Made by a program: the position numbers and the translations under genes. Below are positions 46,070-54,764 of a DNA stretch of 64,000 bases, one piece after another. Position 1 is the stretch's first letter. Every line of letters begins with the position of its first letter. The notes beneath the pieces were generated by a model, which made no database searches, was not told the origin of the DNA, and saw only the letters and a program-made list of their open reading frames with translations. The stretch lies in the IMG/VR virus record IMGVR_UViG_3300028805_000048. One strand, written 5' to 3'. This stretch comes from a virus (Duplodnaviria > Caudoviricetes).

Positions 46070-47270
46070 TTGGCAACCACTTTTAGATATCTTAAAACAA
46101 GATGATTGGCAACAACAACTTGAAAGTGAACCAAGATATATAAGTATAAAAAGATGTCCTTATAAAGATATTGCTGGTAATTTACTTTATCCAGAATTAT
46201 ATATGCTATCATACGGTGAAGAATCTGATTTTAATGATCCTGTTGTTAGATGTTGCCGAGGTAGCATTGTTTCATTCGATGATAAAATTAATCCAAAAGT
46301 AGTATGCCAAACATTTCTTAAATTCGGTAATTATGGACAAGATTTTTGTCCAGAGATAGATTGGTCATCAGCAACGGTTCAAGATAAAAGAGATGGTTGT
46401 TTGATTAAGCTCTTCAATTACAAAAATGCTTGGTTTTGGGTAACTAATAATGGTTGGAACATTGATCTTGCTGCAAAAGAAATAACAATGTTACCATCAA
46501 AGTTTGAAGAACCAGAAACTGATAGTTGTGTAACATTTATGAATCTAATAAATTATTCAATGAATAAAGTTGGTTTTGACTATACGAAATTAGAAAAAAC
46601 ATATACGTATATGTTTGAATTATGCTCACCAAAATTACGTATTTTAGTAGATAATCCTAAAACAGAACTTGTTTATTTAGGTTCAAGAAATAACGTCACT
46701 ACACTCGAACTGAATCTTGAAGAAGCGTATCTTGTAAATCCAGAATTACAGAAACTTAAAACTGTAGAATATTTTGATTTACATAATATAACTGATACTT
46801 TAAAATTGTGTGATTCTTATGACGATGATACAAAAGAAGGTGTAGTTATCTGTGATAAATACTTTAATCGTGTTAAAATCAAATGTAAGCATTATGTAGA
46901 GTTGAAATATATTAGAAACAGTACAGCGACAAAAGAAGATAAAATCTTCGATATGGTTGTTATGAATACCGTTGATGATTTGTTCAGTGTTTTTCCTGAA
47001 CTTATTCCAACGATAGATTCTATTAAACAAGATTATAATGATTATTTAAAGTATTTACGTTGGCATATTGAAAACGCAAAAAAGAATTTTTTAAAGATTA
47101 AACAAGTAAATCAGATCGATCCTAAAAAAGCCTTTGCTGCGTGGGTTTTAGATAATTATCCAAATCAAAGTTATATTTACTTTAAGGTTGTTGACTTGTA
47201 TTGTATGATCAATTATGATACTATTAAGAAATTAAAAGAAACAGGTGAATTATATAAATTAGAGGATTAA
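46062..47270 (+). CDS. RNA ligase, T4 Rnl1-like
   Basis: CRG, KFGN, KRDG motif I, FELCSP, EGVV, RVKIK. Confidence 0.85.
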   Translation: MNNWQPLLDILKQDDWQQQLESEPRYISIKRCPYKDIAGNLLYPELYMLSYGEESDFNDPVVRCCRGSIVSFDDKINPKVVCQTFLKFGNYGQDFCPEIDWSSATVQDKRDGCLIKLFNYKNAWFWVTNNGWNIDLAAKEITMLPSKFEEPETDSCVTFMNLINYSMNKVGFDYTKLEKTYTYMFELCSPKLRILVDNPKTELVYLGSRNNVTTLELNLEEAYLVNPELQKLKTVEYFDLHNITDTLKLCDSYDDDTKEGVVICDKYFNRVKIKCKHYVELKYIRNSTATKEDKIFDMVVMNTVDDLFSVFPELIPTIDSIKQDYNDYLKYLRWHIENAKKNFLKIKQVNQIDPKKAFAAWVLDNYPNQSYIYFKVVDLYCMINYDTIKKLKETGELYKLED

Positions 47271-47275
47271 ATAAG

Positions 47276-47701
47276 ATGTTTAATTTTGTTAAAAAGATCT
47301 TCAATAAAACTAAATCGGATTCAGTTATTATAAAAATAGACTATTCTTTATTAGAAAAACAAAAAGATATACTTAATTATGAAGATGTTTATAAAAAGAT
47401 TGGTATATGGAATTATATCATTCAAATGGCTGAAGAAAATGAATTTAAAAAATTTCATTATAAAAATATTCAAGCTAATACTAAAACGTATGAAAAATTA
47501 CAAGAAATATTAAAAGATAATTTACTACATACAAAGAATAGATTTAGTCGTATGTATAAAGAGAAATATCTTTTAAATTCACATGCTTTAGATAGTTTGC
47601 AATGGTCACCATATACAAATAACAAACTGAATGATGATGAAATTAAAATCATATTACCAAATAACCCAGAATTTGTTAAAGTCACAAAGGAGATGATGTA
47701 A
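47276..47701 (+). CDS. Hypothetical protein
   Basis: 141 aa ORF. Confidence 0.7.
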   Translation: MFNFVKKIFNKTKSDSVIIKIDYSLLEKQKDILNYEDVYKKIGIWNYIIQMAEENEFKKFHYKNIQANTKTYEKLQEILKDNLLHTKNRFSRMYKEKYLLNSHALDSLQWSPYTNNKLNDDEIKIILPNNPEFVKVTKEMM

Positions 47702-47889
47702 TGACTGAAGAAAACAAGCAAGATGAAAATAAAACAGAAAATGAGAAATCTTTATCTGATATATTAGGTATGTCATTTGATGAAAATGGTAATTGGTCAG
47801 CAAAAGATGTTGGTAATGTTCCTGTAATGCGTAAATTAAATCGTAAAGAAAGACGTAAAAGAAATGCTTTGGATAGAAAGGCTAAATAA
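47701..47889 (+). CDS. Small hypothetical protein
   Basis: LNRKERRK; RBS. Confidence 0.65.
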   Translation: MTEENKQDENKTENEKSLSDILGMSFDENGNWSAKDVGNVPVMRKLNRKERRKRNALDRKAK

Positions 47890-48348
47890 ATGAGTACTTA
47901 TGTAAATGTAAATTCTTTACAAGAAGTAGATTTAGATTTTTCACATGACAATTGTGATATAATTCTTGAAAAATTTAAAAAATGGAATAATGTATCTAAA
48001 AAATACAATGCTGAAGATTTAGAAAAACTTGATGATGCTTTATATATGTTAAATGAAAGTAATATAACATTTTGTGTTGATGCTGATGTAGATGAAATTG
48101 AAATGTCAGATGATGAAATAGATGAAGCTTATGCTGATATACATGCATTTGATAATGACGGTACATATGATGACGGTTATGATGCAAAAGTAGAAGAATT
48201 AGAAAAACGCCAAAAACAATTGGAATTATATTATTTTAATCTTTTTAATAAATTAGAAAGAATATCAAACAATTTTGAAAGTGAAAAATCTTTAACTGTA
48301 GAAGAAATTAGACAATTACGTGATATACTTAAAGAGGAATTATCTTAA
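47890..48348 (+). CDS. Acidic hypothetical protein
   Basis: 152 aa ORF. Confidence 0.7.
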   Translation: MSTYVNVNSLQEVDLDFSHDNCDIILEKFKKWNNVSKKYNAEDLEKLDDALYMLNESNITFCVDADVDEIEMSDDEIDEAYADIHAFDNDGTYDDGYDAKVEELEKRQKQLELYYFNLFNKLERISNNFESEKSLTVEEIRQLRDILKEELS

Positions 48349-48350
48349 AA

Positions 48351-49340
48351 ATGACCAAATTACGCATAATGTCAGATATACATTATACAAGTAGAATAAA
48401 TGGACCAGATTATGGTAATCCATTTAATACTTCGTTGTTTTACGAAAAGTATTATAAAGATTTACAAAAAGATACTAATTGTGTAAACCTTATTGCTGGT
48501 GATATTGCGGCGGGTATCGATAAGCATAAGGAATTTTTAGAAGGATTTTTCTCTAATCAGCAAGTAATATTTGTTGATGGCAACCATCTAGTTTATGAAT
48601 ATACGAAAGACAATAAACATCCAATATTATCAGAATTGAAACAAGAGCTTAAAAAAGAATTTCCAATTACTAATTTATTTTGGAAATACTTGGAAAACGA
48701 TTGGTGTTGGATTGATGAAAATACAGCTATTATTGGAAGTACATTTTATACAGATTATAATTACTGTGATCTAACACTTGAAGAATTTAATGAAAAATTA
48801 CAACTATGGCATCTTTGGACTAAACTTTATTGTCTTCCTAGTAAATATGAACCTGTAAAAAAACTAACTAAGCAAATTATACGCAATGAAACAATGGCTG
48901 AAGCTGGTAGTCGAATGAATGATTTTAGGTGGGGTAAAGAAAATAAATATACTTATCTTTCACCACAATATTATTTAGAATTACACAAACTAGCTAAAAA
49001 AGAAGTAAAAAGATGTCATGATGAAATTTTAAAAATAAATCCTAATGCCAAAATCATACTCATGACTCATCACGGGCTGTCACCCCAAATGATAAGTGAA
49101 AAATATAAAAAAGGTTTATTAAATGCGAGTTATGTTTCGAATCTAGAAAAATGGATAGATAAAGATTTACCTGGAATAAGATTAGTTATTTCAGGACACG
49201 TACATAATAGATGTGATTTTACTTTTGGCAAAAGAAATGTACGTTACATTGTTAATCCTTGTGGTTATATTCCTTATAACGAAGATAAAAATGAGCTACC
49301 TTTTAATCCAAACTTGATAATTGATACAAATAATTTGTAA
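48351..49340 (+). CDS. Calcineurin-like metallophosphoesterase
   Basis: SDIH, AGD, GNH, THH, GHVH. Confidence 0.85.
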   Translation: MTKLRIMSDIHYTSRINGPDYGNPFNTSLFYEKYYKDLQKDTNCVNLIAGDIAAGIDKHKEFLEGFFSNQQVIFVDGNHLVYEYTKDNKHPILSELKQELKKEFPITNLFWKYLENDWCWIDENTAIIGSTFYTDYNYCDLTLEEFNEKLQLWHLWTKLYCLPSKYEPVKKLTKQIIRNETMAEAGSRMNDFRWGKENKYTYLSPQYYLELHKLAKKEVKRCHDEILKINPNAKIILMTHHGLSPQMISEKYKKGLLNASYVSNLEKWIDKDLPGIRLVISGHVHNRCDFTFGKRNVRYIVNPCGYIPYNEDKNELPFNPNLIIDTNNL

Positions 49341-49422
49341 AAATAGAAAATTTTTTGACGTAGAAATCCTGTTATTTAATATTCTATATAATAGGATTTT
49401 TATTTTATATGAAAGGAAAGAT

Positions 49423-49605
49423 ATGGAAATAGAAATATCTAAAACCGATGATTTTTGGCATTTAACTGTAAATATCTTTGGTAAAAAATGGACATTTACT
49501 GCATCAAAAAAAGAATTAAGTTATGAACAAATAACTGATATTGTATGTAATTTGTGTAAATTCAAAGATATATCTGTAAAAGTAGATTTTACAACAAAAC
49601 ACTAA
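49423..49605 (+). CDS. Small hypothetical protein
   Basis: Start after GAAAGGA RBS. Confidence 0.6.
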   Translation: MEIEISKTDDFWHLTVNIFGKKWTFTASKKELSYEQITDIVCNLCKFKDISVKVDFTTKH

Positions 49606-49619
49606 GGAAGGAAACAATT

Positions 49620-50198
49620 ATGACTGAAGAAGAACAATGGTATTATGATCAATTAGATGAAGAAAACAGAAAAAATGTTGATCTTATAGCTGAAGAATTA
49701 AAGGCTTATGTCAAAGATGATTTTAGTTTATTAACCGATTTAGATCAAGATATAATTTCTAAATTTTTACATGATAATGATATAATGATTTATAATTCGT
49801 ATAAAGATCAAATTAAAAACGTTTTTAGTATATCTAAATATGTAATGTTATATAAACAAGAAATGGATTTGATTAAGTTGCTAAATGAATATCTTGATAT
49901 ACATGATTCTAAAAAAGAATTAGACTACATAATATCAAGAAATTTTACAAACGAAATAGTTTTTAATGCTAAAAATAAAGGTGAATTGAAAGTAAAATAT
50001 TTATATGATTATGAAAATGAAAAATTTAGTTTTTATTTAATAGGTAATCGTAAAAATTTTCTAATAGATTTCGTAGATATAAAAATGCTTTTGACAGGTA
50101 AAATAGTGAAAGATATACCATTTGTTAGAAATAGTAAAAATGAAGATAATATATCTTTAACATATAATGGCATGAAAATAACAATTCAAAAACAATGA
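49620..50198 (+). CDS. Hypothetical protein
   Basis: 192 aa ORF with RBS. Confidence 0.7.
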   Translation: MTEEEQWYYDQLDEENRKNVDLIAEELKAYVKDDFSLLTDLDQDIISKFLHDNDIMIYNSYKDQIKNVFSISKYVMLYKQEMDLIKLLNEYLDIHDSKKELDYIISRNFTNEIVFNAKNKGELKVKYLYDYENEKFSFYLIGNRKNFLIDFVDIKMLLTGKIVKDIPFVRNSKNEDNISLTYNGMKITIQKQ

Positions 50199-50309
50199 TT
50201 TAAAATTAATATAAACTATTTAGAAAATTATTTTTTATATCTAATAAAATTGGTTTTTCTTTTATATTATTTTAATATATGTTGTAATCGATGTTGAAAT
50301 TATTTTATT

Positions 50310-50720
50310 ATGGAGATTAAATTAATGGCATATGTTAAGATTTGTATGAGAACATGGAGTAGACTTAGTAATCGAGAAACTAAGTTTAAGCGTGGTATTG
50401 CACCTCGTGAAAGTTTCATTGAAATGAACGATAAGAAAGAGGTGACATTAAAACCAGGAAATGTAAAATGGAAAACTTTTGATACAAGTATATCAAGAAT
50501 CGGTGATAAATCTTATATCTCTGATAAAAAGAAAATGTATGAAGGTTTATGTTTTAAAAATAGAAAAGATGCAGAATTATTCATGTCTAAACATAAAAAT
50601 GAATTGGATAAATTTGCTGCAAGCAATCCTTTATTTGATCATTGGTCAATAATGAACGTTATAAAACGTTTTGAACCAGATAAAAAGGTTTTATATGGTA
50701 AAGACATAATAGAAGATTGA
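50310..50720 (+). CDS. Hypothetical protein
   Basis: ORF; probable start at MAYVK. Confidence 0.7.
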   Translation: MEIKLMAYVKICMRTWSRLSNRETKFKRGIAPRESFIEMNDKKEVTLKPGNVKWKTFDTSISRIGDKSYISDKKKMYEGLCFKNRKDAELFMSKHKNELDKFAASNPLFDHWSIMNVIKRFEPDKKVLYGKDIIED

Positions 50721-50749
50721 TTAAATAATTAAAATGAAGGAGAATATAA

Positions 50750-51142
50750 ATGAGTGTTATGGGATATAAGCAAATAATAAAGCATGAAAACGATTTACCT
50801 AAAATAAAAACAAAAATAGCAGATTTATCAACGTTATGTAGATATAAAAGCGCCAAAACTAATAAAGTCCATGAACCAGATAGATATTATTTCGATATTA
50901 CATTAAATGGAAGTGGATTGTTGTCGGCTTATAAACATGTGTGTTATTTTGATGATAAAGAAAAGGCAGAAAGTATATATAAAGAATTACGTTTAAAATT
51001 ATATGATCAAGAAACTAAACCGTTTTTAAATAAGATAGCTTCAAATTATCGTTTAACAACAAATGATAAAGAAAGAATATATAAGATATTTAATAAATTC
51101 GAAAAATTAAAAAAGATAGAAGAAGTAACAGTATATAAATAG
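50750..51142 (+). CDS. Hypothetical protein
   Basis: 130 aa ORF with RBS. Confidence 0.7.
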   Translation: MSVMGYKQIIKHENDLPKIKTKIADLSTLCRYKSAKTNKVHEPDRYYFDITLNGSGLLSAYKHVCYFDDKEKAESIYKELRLKLYDQETKPFLNKIASNYRLTTNDKERIYKIFNKFEKLKKIEEVTVYK

Positions 51143-51166
51143 TTTTATGGGGATGAAAGAGTAGCT

Positions 51167-51463
51167 TCATTGCTGCTCTTTCTTTTTCTTATTTCTTTCT
51201 TCTCTCATTTCTATCGCTTCTTTAAATTTCTTTTTATTTTCTGGATTTTTATACCATTTACTACGTGTTTCTGCACCTTTTTTAGCAGCTTCAACATTAC
51301 CTATTGTTCCAGCATACATGTCATGACGTATAAAAGCATCATCTTCACCTTTATTATGTTGGAATTTAGATTTTCTTAAACTACCTAAACTTTTAAAATG
51401 ATTACCGTTTTCTTCAGCTTCAAGAACTTCAAGAAGTTCATCTAATACTTGTCTCAATCTCAT
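51167..51463 (-). CDS. Basic late protein with acidic leader (possible internal head protein)
   Basis: MRLRQVLDELLEVLEAEE followed by a Lys-rich body. Confidence 0.6.
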   Translation of the reverse strand: MRLRQVLDELLEVLEAEENGNHFKSLGSLRKSKFQHNKGEDDAFIRHDMYAGTIGNVEAAKKGAETRSKWYKNPENKKKFKEAIEMREERNKKKKEQQ

Positions 51464-51474
51464 TTGCTATTTCC

Positions 51475-52017
51475 TTAATATAGATTATCATTTCCACCTT
51501 TATAATAACGACCCATAAATCCTTTTTTAAAATCTTTATCCCATACAAAAAACACTTTCCAACCTCTTGTGACTAAAAATCTAAATCTATTTATTGTTTC
51601 ATTATATAATTGTCTTGGTGTTTTACCTAACCATGTTGGTCTATCCCATTTTTCTCTAGGATAACAACGAACATCGTGAAATGCTGAACCTAAATATTCA
51701 TAAACAGTACCTTTATCATAATCTATACCATCTACAACAGCTACTTTACCATTATATCCAAATATTGGTTTTTGTCTATTTATAATTCCCAATTTATTTA
51801 ACCATATATCTTCTTCTTTAGAAGTACCACATTTATAAGTTTTATTTCCTATTTTAAAGGTAGCTAAATTTACTTTTTTATGACTTTTATGCATTAATGG
51901 TAAATTAGTTTTCTTTCTAGTTGTATGATTATGATAATATCTACCTCTTCTATCTGTTACGAAATTAGGCATAACCCAATCTACCTCCATATAACAACCT
52001 TCTCTTCTTGTTGCCAA
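51475..52017 (-). CDS. Vsr/DUF559-like nuclease-domain protein
   Basis: VDG.D....VYEYLGSAFH...GWKVFFVWD; AGTTCTA at 52096-52102. Confidence 0.6.
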   Translation of the reverse strand: MATRREGCYMEVDWVMPNFVTDRRGRYYHNHTTRKKTNLPLMHKSHKKVNLATFKIGNKTYKCGTSKEEDIWLNKLGIINRQKPIFGYNGKVAVVDGIDYDKGTVYEYLGSAFHDVRCYPREKWDRPTWLGKTPRQLYNETINRFRFLVTRGWKVFFVWDKDFKKGFMGRYYKGGNDNLY

Positions 52018-52213
52018 TTCTTAAAATCCTTTCATAATCAAATAATTTTATTAATTATAACAAGATTATTCTGTTTGTACATATCAATATTTATATAGAA
52101 CTAGAAAATAAAGGCTTTACTTTTTGGAAAATATGTTGTTCTATATAATTGTATGATGTCACAAAAGTGAGTCTACAAAGAACTTTAATTGCTAACAAAT
52201 AGGATTAAATAAA

Positions 52214-52693
52214 ATGTCAAATAATACTTTAGTGTTACGTAATACTCGTAACTATTTAGATCGAATGATGGATTCACCATTCAATTCTTTAATTGATGAA
52301 TTTTTTAATAATTCTTTTCCAACAACTTTAATCAAACAAGAATTTCCAAAATATAACATTAAACGTCTTTATAGTGAAAAAGGCGATCCTAACACATATG
52401 ATAACGGTTTTGTTATCGAAATGGCTCTTGCTGGTTGGGATAAAGATAGAATCCAAGTAGAAACAGAAGAAGGAATGCTTTATGTTGGAAGTAAAGATCA
52501 GGAAACAGACGTTTGTGAAGAAGCCAACGATTATTTTTATCAAGGTATCACAAACCAAAGTTTTAGATGGAAAATGTCTCTTCCAAAATACGCTGTAATT
52601 AAAGAAGTAACTTTTAAAAACGGTTTACTTTCAATTACAGTTAAAGTAGAAGTTCCAGAAGAACAAAAACGTAAAATGATTGAAATTAAATAA
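52214..52693 (+). CDS. Small heat shock protein (Hsp20/IbpA-like)
   Basis: FPKYNI, IEMALAG, QGI...SF, NGLLSI. Confidence 0.9.
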   Translation: MSNNTLVLRNTRNYLDRMMDSPFNSLIDEFFNNSFPTTLIKQEFPKYNIKRLYSEKGDPNTYDNGFVIEMALAGWDKDRIQVETEEGMLYVGSKDQETDVCEEANDYFYQGITNQSFRWKMSLPKYAVIKEVTFKNGLLSITVKVEVPEEQKRKMIEIK

Positions 52694-52705
52694 AAAAGGA
52701 GTGAA

Positions 52706-52771
52706 AAAGCCGTTAAGCATTATGTTTTTTTTGTTTAACGGCTTTACTTTTCAGATTTAATATATTATATT
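52706..52771 (+). terminator. Hairpin overlapping the next early promoter
   Basis: aaagccgttaagca...tgtttaacggcttt; GGCTTTACT-N17-TATATT. Confidence 0.55.
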
Positions 52772-52802
52772 TTATATAAAGTTAATTTTTGAAAGAAACA
52801 TC

Positions 52803-53228
52803 ATGCTAAAAGATTTTTTTAATAAATTGAAATACAAATTTTCTAATAAAAAGTTAGATAGTGATTGGTTTATTAAAAGACTACCAAAATCAATCACAAC
52901 AAAAAAAGAAGCCGATAGCTTAATGACTATATTAGAAACACTAAACTCAGAATTCACGACAGAACAATTCATATTATATACAAAATATGAATCTAGAGAA
53001 AAACGTTTAAAATTATCAGAGCAAATGAAAAATTTAATAGATTCATATCTTCAATATAATTTAGATATAACATTTAAAATGGATAATTTTCTACAAACGA
53101 TGCCTATGTATAAATTGACAGAAGATACTGTTGATAAGCTAGCAGAATTCGGTGAAAAAAATTTAGAACATGTAAAAAATACTGTAGAAACATATCGTAA
53201 CTTAATTACACACATTTCATATTATTGA
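52803..53228 (+). CDS. Hypothetical protein
   Basis: 141 aa ORF. Confidence 0.7.
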   Translation: MLKDFFNKLKYKFSNKKLDSDWFIKRLPKSITTKKEADSLMTILETLNSEFTTEQFILYTKYESREKRLKLSEQMKNLIDSYLQYNLDITFKMDNFLQTMPMYKLTEDTVDKLAEFGEKNLEHVKNTVETYRNLITHISYY

Positions 53229-53256
53229 TTTCATTTAAGAAAGGAATATATTCAAA

Positions 53257-54171
53257 ATGGCAATTAATCCAAATGGTAATCCAAACTTTAATCCAATGTG
53301 GATAAAAATAACTGGTCCAGTAGATCCTAAAGCTATAGACCCAAAAATAGCAGATTTCATACCACCTGAAATAATGCATGCTTTATTACGTGATATGGAA
53401 AATGGATCAAACGGTATACCAAAAGAACCAGAAAAAGAAGAAAAAGAAGAACAAGAAGAACCTAAAGCTAAGATAAAATATGACTTCAAGATGGTTAACT
53501 GTAACTATGATCTTAAAGAATTAGTAAAGAAACTCAAAGCATCAAAAAGGACAGATTACGGTATTCTTCTTTACGGAGTATCAGGAAGCGGAAAAAGTTA
53601 TTTCGGACAATATCTTGCTCAAGAGCTTGGGATGAAATTTATAAAGAAGCGTGCTAGCGATATGATCGCAAAATTTGTGGGTGAAACAGAACAAAATATA
53701 GCAGCAGCTTTTAAAGAAGCTAAAGAAAAGAAAGCTATTCTTTTATTGGATGAAGGAGACTCATTTTTATTCGACAGGAAATTTGCTAGACAAGATTTTC
53801 AAGCTGCATCTGTGAATGAATTGTTAACTAACATGGAAGATCATCCTTATCCATTTATTATAACAACAAACCTTCGTGATAAAATTGATCCAGCAGCAAA
53901 TAGACGTTTTGTCTTTAAATGGAAATTTGAATATATGACGAAGGATAATATTAAGGCTGGTTTAAAAACATATTTTGGTAAAGGTATTAAATTTACAGAT
54001 GAACAATATAACAAATTAAAATATATTACTGCTGGTGATTTTAAAACAGCAAAACATAAATTAGATATTCTTGAAGATGGTAAATATACATCTCAAAATG
54101 TTTTTGAATACTTAATGTATGAACAAAAGGAGAAAGATCTTGACAAAGGCAGTAAAGCAATCAACTTCTAA
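53257..54171 (+). CDS. AAA+ ATPase (classic clade)
   Basis: GVSGSGKS, KFVGETE pore loop, LLDEGD, TTN, DPAANRRF. Confidence 0.88.
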   Translation: MAINPNGNPNFNPMWIKITGPVDPKAIDPKIADFIPPEIMHALLRDMENGSNGIPKEPEKEEKEEQEEPKAKIKYDFKMVNCNYDLKELVKKLKASKRTDYGILLYGVSGSGKSYFGQYLAQELGMKFIKKRASDMIAKFVGETEQNIAAAFKEAKEKKAILLLDEGDSFLFDRKFARQDFQAASVNELLTNMEDHPYPFIITTNLRDKIDPAANRRFVFKWKFEYMTKDNIKAGLKTYFGKGIKFTDEQYNKLKYITAGDFKTAKHKLDILEDGKYTSQNVFEYLMYEQKEKDLDKGSKAINF

Positions 54172-54463
54172 AACTAAGTCTAAGAAGGTAAAGTTTGAAT
54201 CTTTTAACAACAATGAACCTGATTATGAAAGCGATTTATATTTTGAACCAAAAATGACTTGGACAGATTTTATCAAATGGTGTGATGATAAAAACATTGC
54301 CTATAAATTAGATAAAAACATGTTCGGTAATTATGTCCTTATTGATTGTATCGAATTTTATGAAAGCGGTAAAGTAAAAGTTAAAGATACAGTAGGATCA
54401 TTAGCACATAATCTTAGTTTTGAAAGATTTAAAGAATTAATTTCTATCTTGAAAGGCTTATAA
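54119..54463 (+). CDS. Hypothetical protein
   Basis: Ends KELISILKGL; start uncertain. Confidence 0.6.
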   Translation: MNKRRKILTKAVKQSTSKTKSKKVKFESFNNNEPDYESDLYFEPKMTWTDFIKWCDDKNIAYKLDKNMFGNYVLIDCIEFYESGKVKVKDTVGSLAHNLSFERFKELISILKGL

Positions 54464-54464
54464 T

Positions 54465-54764
54465 ATGGTAAAAAGAACAGGTTGTCAATGTTTTACATGT
54501 CGTCACAGTGATGAACCTAGAGTTGTCGCTGGGTATTTACAAGGTTATATAGATGCTTCTAATTGGTTTTTGAATTGGGCTAAACGTCATGATATTAAGC
54601 AAGGATCTATAGCTGATGATGATTTAGGCGGTATAGTTGCACAAATGGATTGTAATTGCGTAGAAAGCTCTTGTATATTACCAGAATTACCGGATTTAGA
54701 AAATGAAGATATTGAAAGGGAAATGCTATTATGGCAAAAAAGACAAAGAAAATTAAAAAAGTAG
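54465..54764 (+). CDS. Cys-rich hypothetical protein
   Basis: CQCFTC. Confidence 0.65.
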   Translation: MVKRTGCQCFTCRHSDEPRVVAGYLQGYIDASNWFLNWAKRHDIKQGSIADDDLGGIVAQMDCNCVESSCILPELPDLENEDIEREMLLWQKRQRKLKK

